The notes below the pieces were generated by a model. It ran no database searches, was not told the DNA's origin, and saw only the letters and a program-made list of their open reading frames with translations. 64,000 nucleotides of DNA from Octopus sinensis. Its lineage: Eukaryota. Where the stretch lies: positions 1-64,000 of the forward strand of contig NW_021833026.1 of NCBI RefSeq assembly GCF_006345805.1, written 5' to 3'. Positions 63,330 through 64,000 of the stretch are shown one piece after another. The position numbers were made by a program, and so were the translations under genes. Within the stretch, counting starts at the first letter, position 1. Each line of letters opens with the position of its first letter.

Positions 63330-63610
63330 AGCCAAGCTCGATCTGCGAGCACGACGGGCAGGAGTTAGAGCCCAGCCAAATGGATTGCTTGCGCGTGCAC
63401 GATTGCGAGCGAGATCCTCTGCCTCAGCCAAGAGTACTCGCGAGCATCCATTTTCTTCCGAGCAATAAGGATACCCAGGTCGTTCATGAAGCATGAGGTG
63501 AGGAAGGTAGTCATCTCATCCGGGCATTTGCCGTCCACTCTGTCTAGTACATTGGGGAAGCCAGCAGCATTGAGTTCTCTTGATACTACGTCGTTGATTC
63601 CTCCACTGTG
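63330..63610 (-). mobile_element. Internally deleted CRE RLE 3' fragment
   Basis: INDVVSRELNAAGFP...DGKCPDEMTTF, fused to SWLRQRISLAIVHAQ*. Confidence 0.8.
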
Positions 63611-64000
63611 GAATCAAATTACGTTGAGACCAAACAATTTGTTTTTCCCTATGAATTTGATTCCACTTTAAAACATCGTTCGTGTTAAAATTTTCAATGC
63701 CACTTACATAGAGAGCTTTTTTGAATATGATTGGATTCTTGGCTTCGTCAATGTATAAAGTGTCAATATGTGGGAACGAGGGAAACAGAGCGAAAGTGTA
63801 TGGTGACTCAAGCCAGATGTCCTCTATTGGTCGAATACAACATTCCTTCTCAAAACAGACTATGAATCTTTCTTTCTTTTGGACTTTTAATGGTGTTAAG
63901 GCCATAATCTCCGATAACAGTATTTGTGCATACAGCAATGTAGCCTGGTGCATAAAGTCATAGTTATCTTTGAGTTTTATGCCTGAAAGTGTATCACTTG

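Overview
Eukaryotic, very probably animal, nuclear DNA from a compact AT-rich genome whose GT-AG introns are mostly 22-31 nt. It carries animal-type genes (PLC-beta, MGAT1, LZIC, cbEGF) and a ciliary dynein gene. This best fits a dicyemid mesozoan (inference, not proven). Positions 1-8873 are the edge of a ~73-75-bp satellite organised as a 26-monomer, 1,906-bp higher-order repeat. Each monomer carries a 24-bp dyad, and a young CRE-type retrotransposon has inserted into one dyad. The rest alternates dense gene clusters with transposon islands. Genes: MCM5, a TDRD12-like Tudor gene, NOP14, MePCE/Bin3, a SMARCE1-like gene, LZIC, PLC-beta, DNAI4/WDR78, a coiled-coil gene, MGAT1, striatin, a kinesin-5 fragment and an EGF gene. 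Elements: Tc1, pogo, hAT, Merlin, Ginger2-like, Helitron, RTE, CRE, R4-like and other LINEs. Most notable observations: the palindromic satellite HOR, a Merlin transposase split by three host-sized 26-27-nt introns, two Ginger-like families both inserted at TAATA, a LINE>Helitron>Ginger nest with all junctions intact, and a SMARCE1/BAF57-like gene apparently lacking most of its HMG box. All gene models and family calls were made by eye, without database searches.
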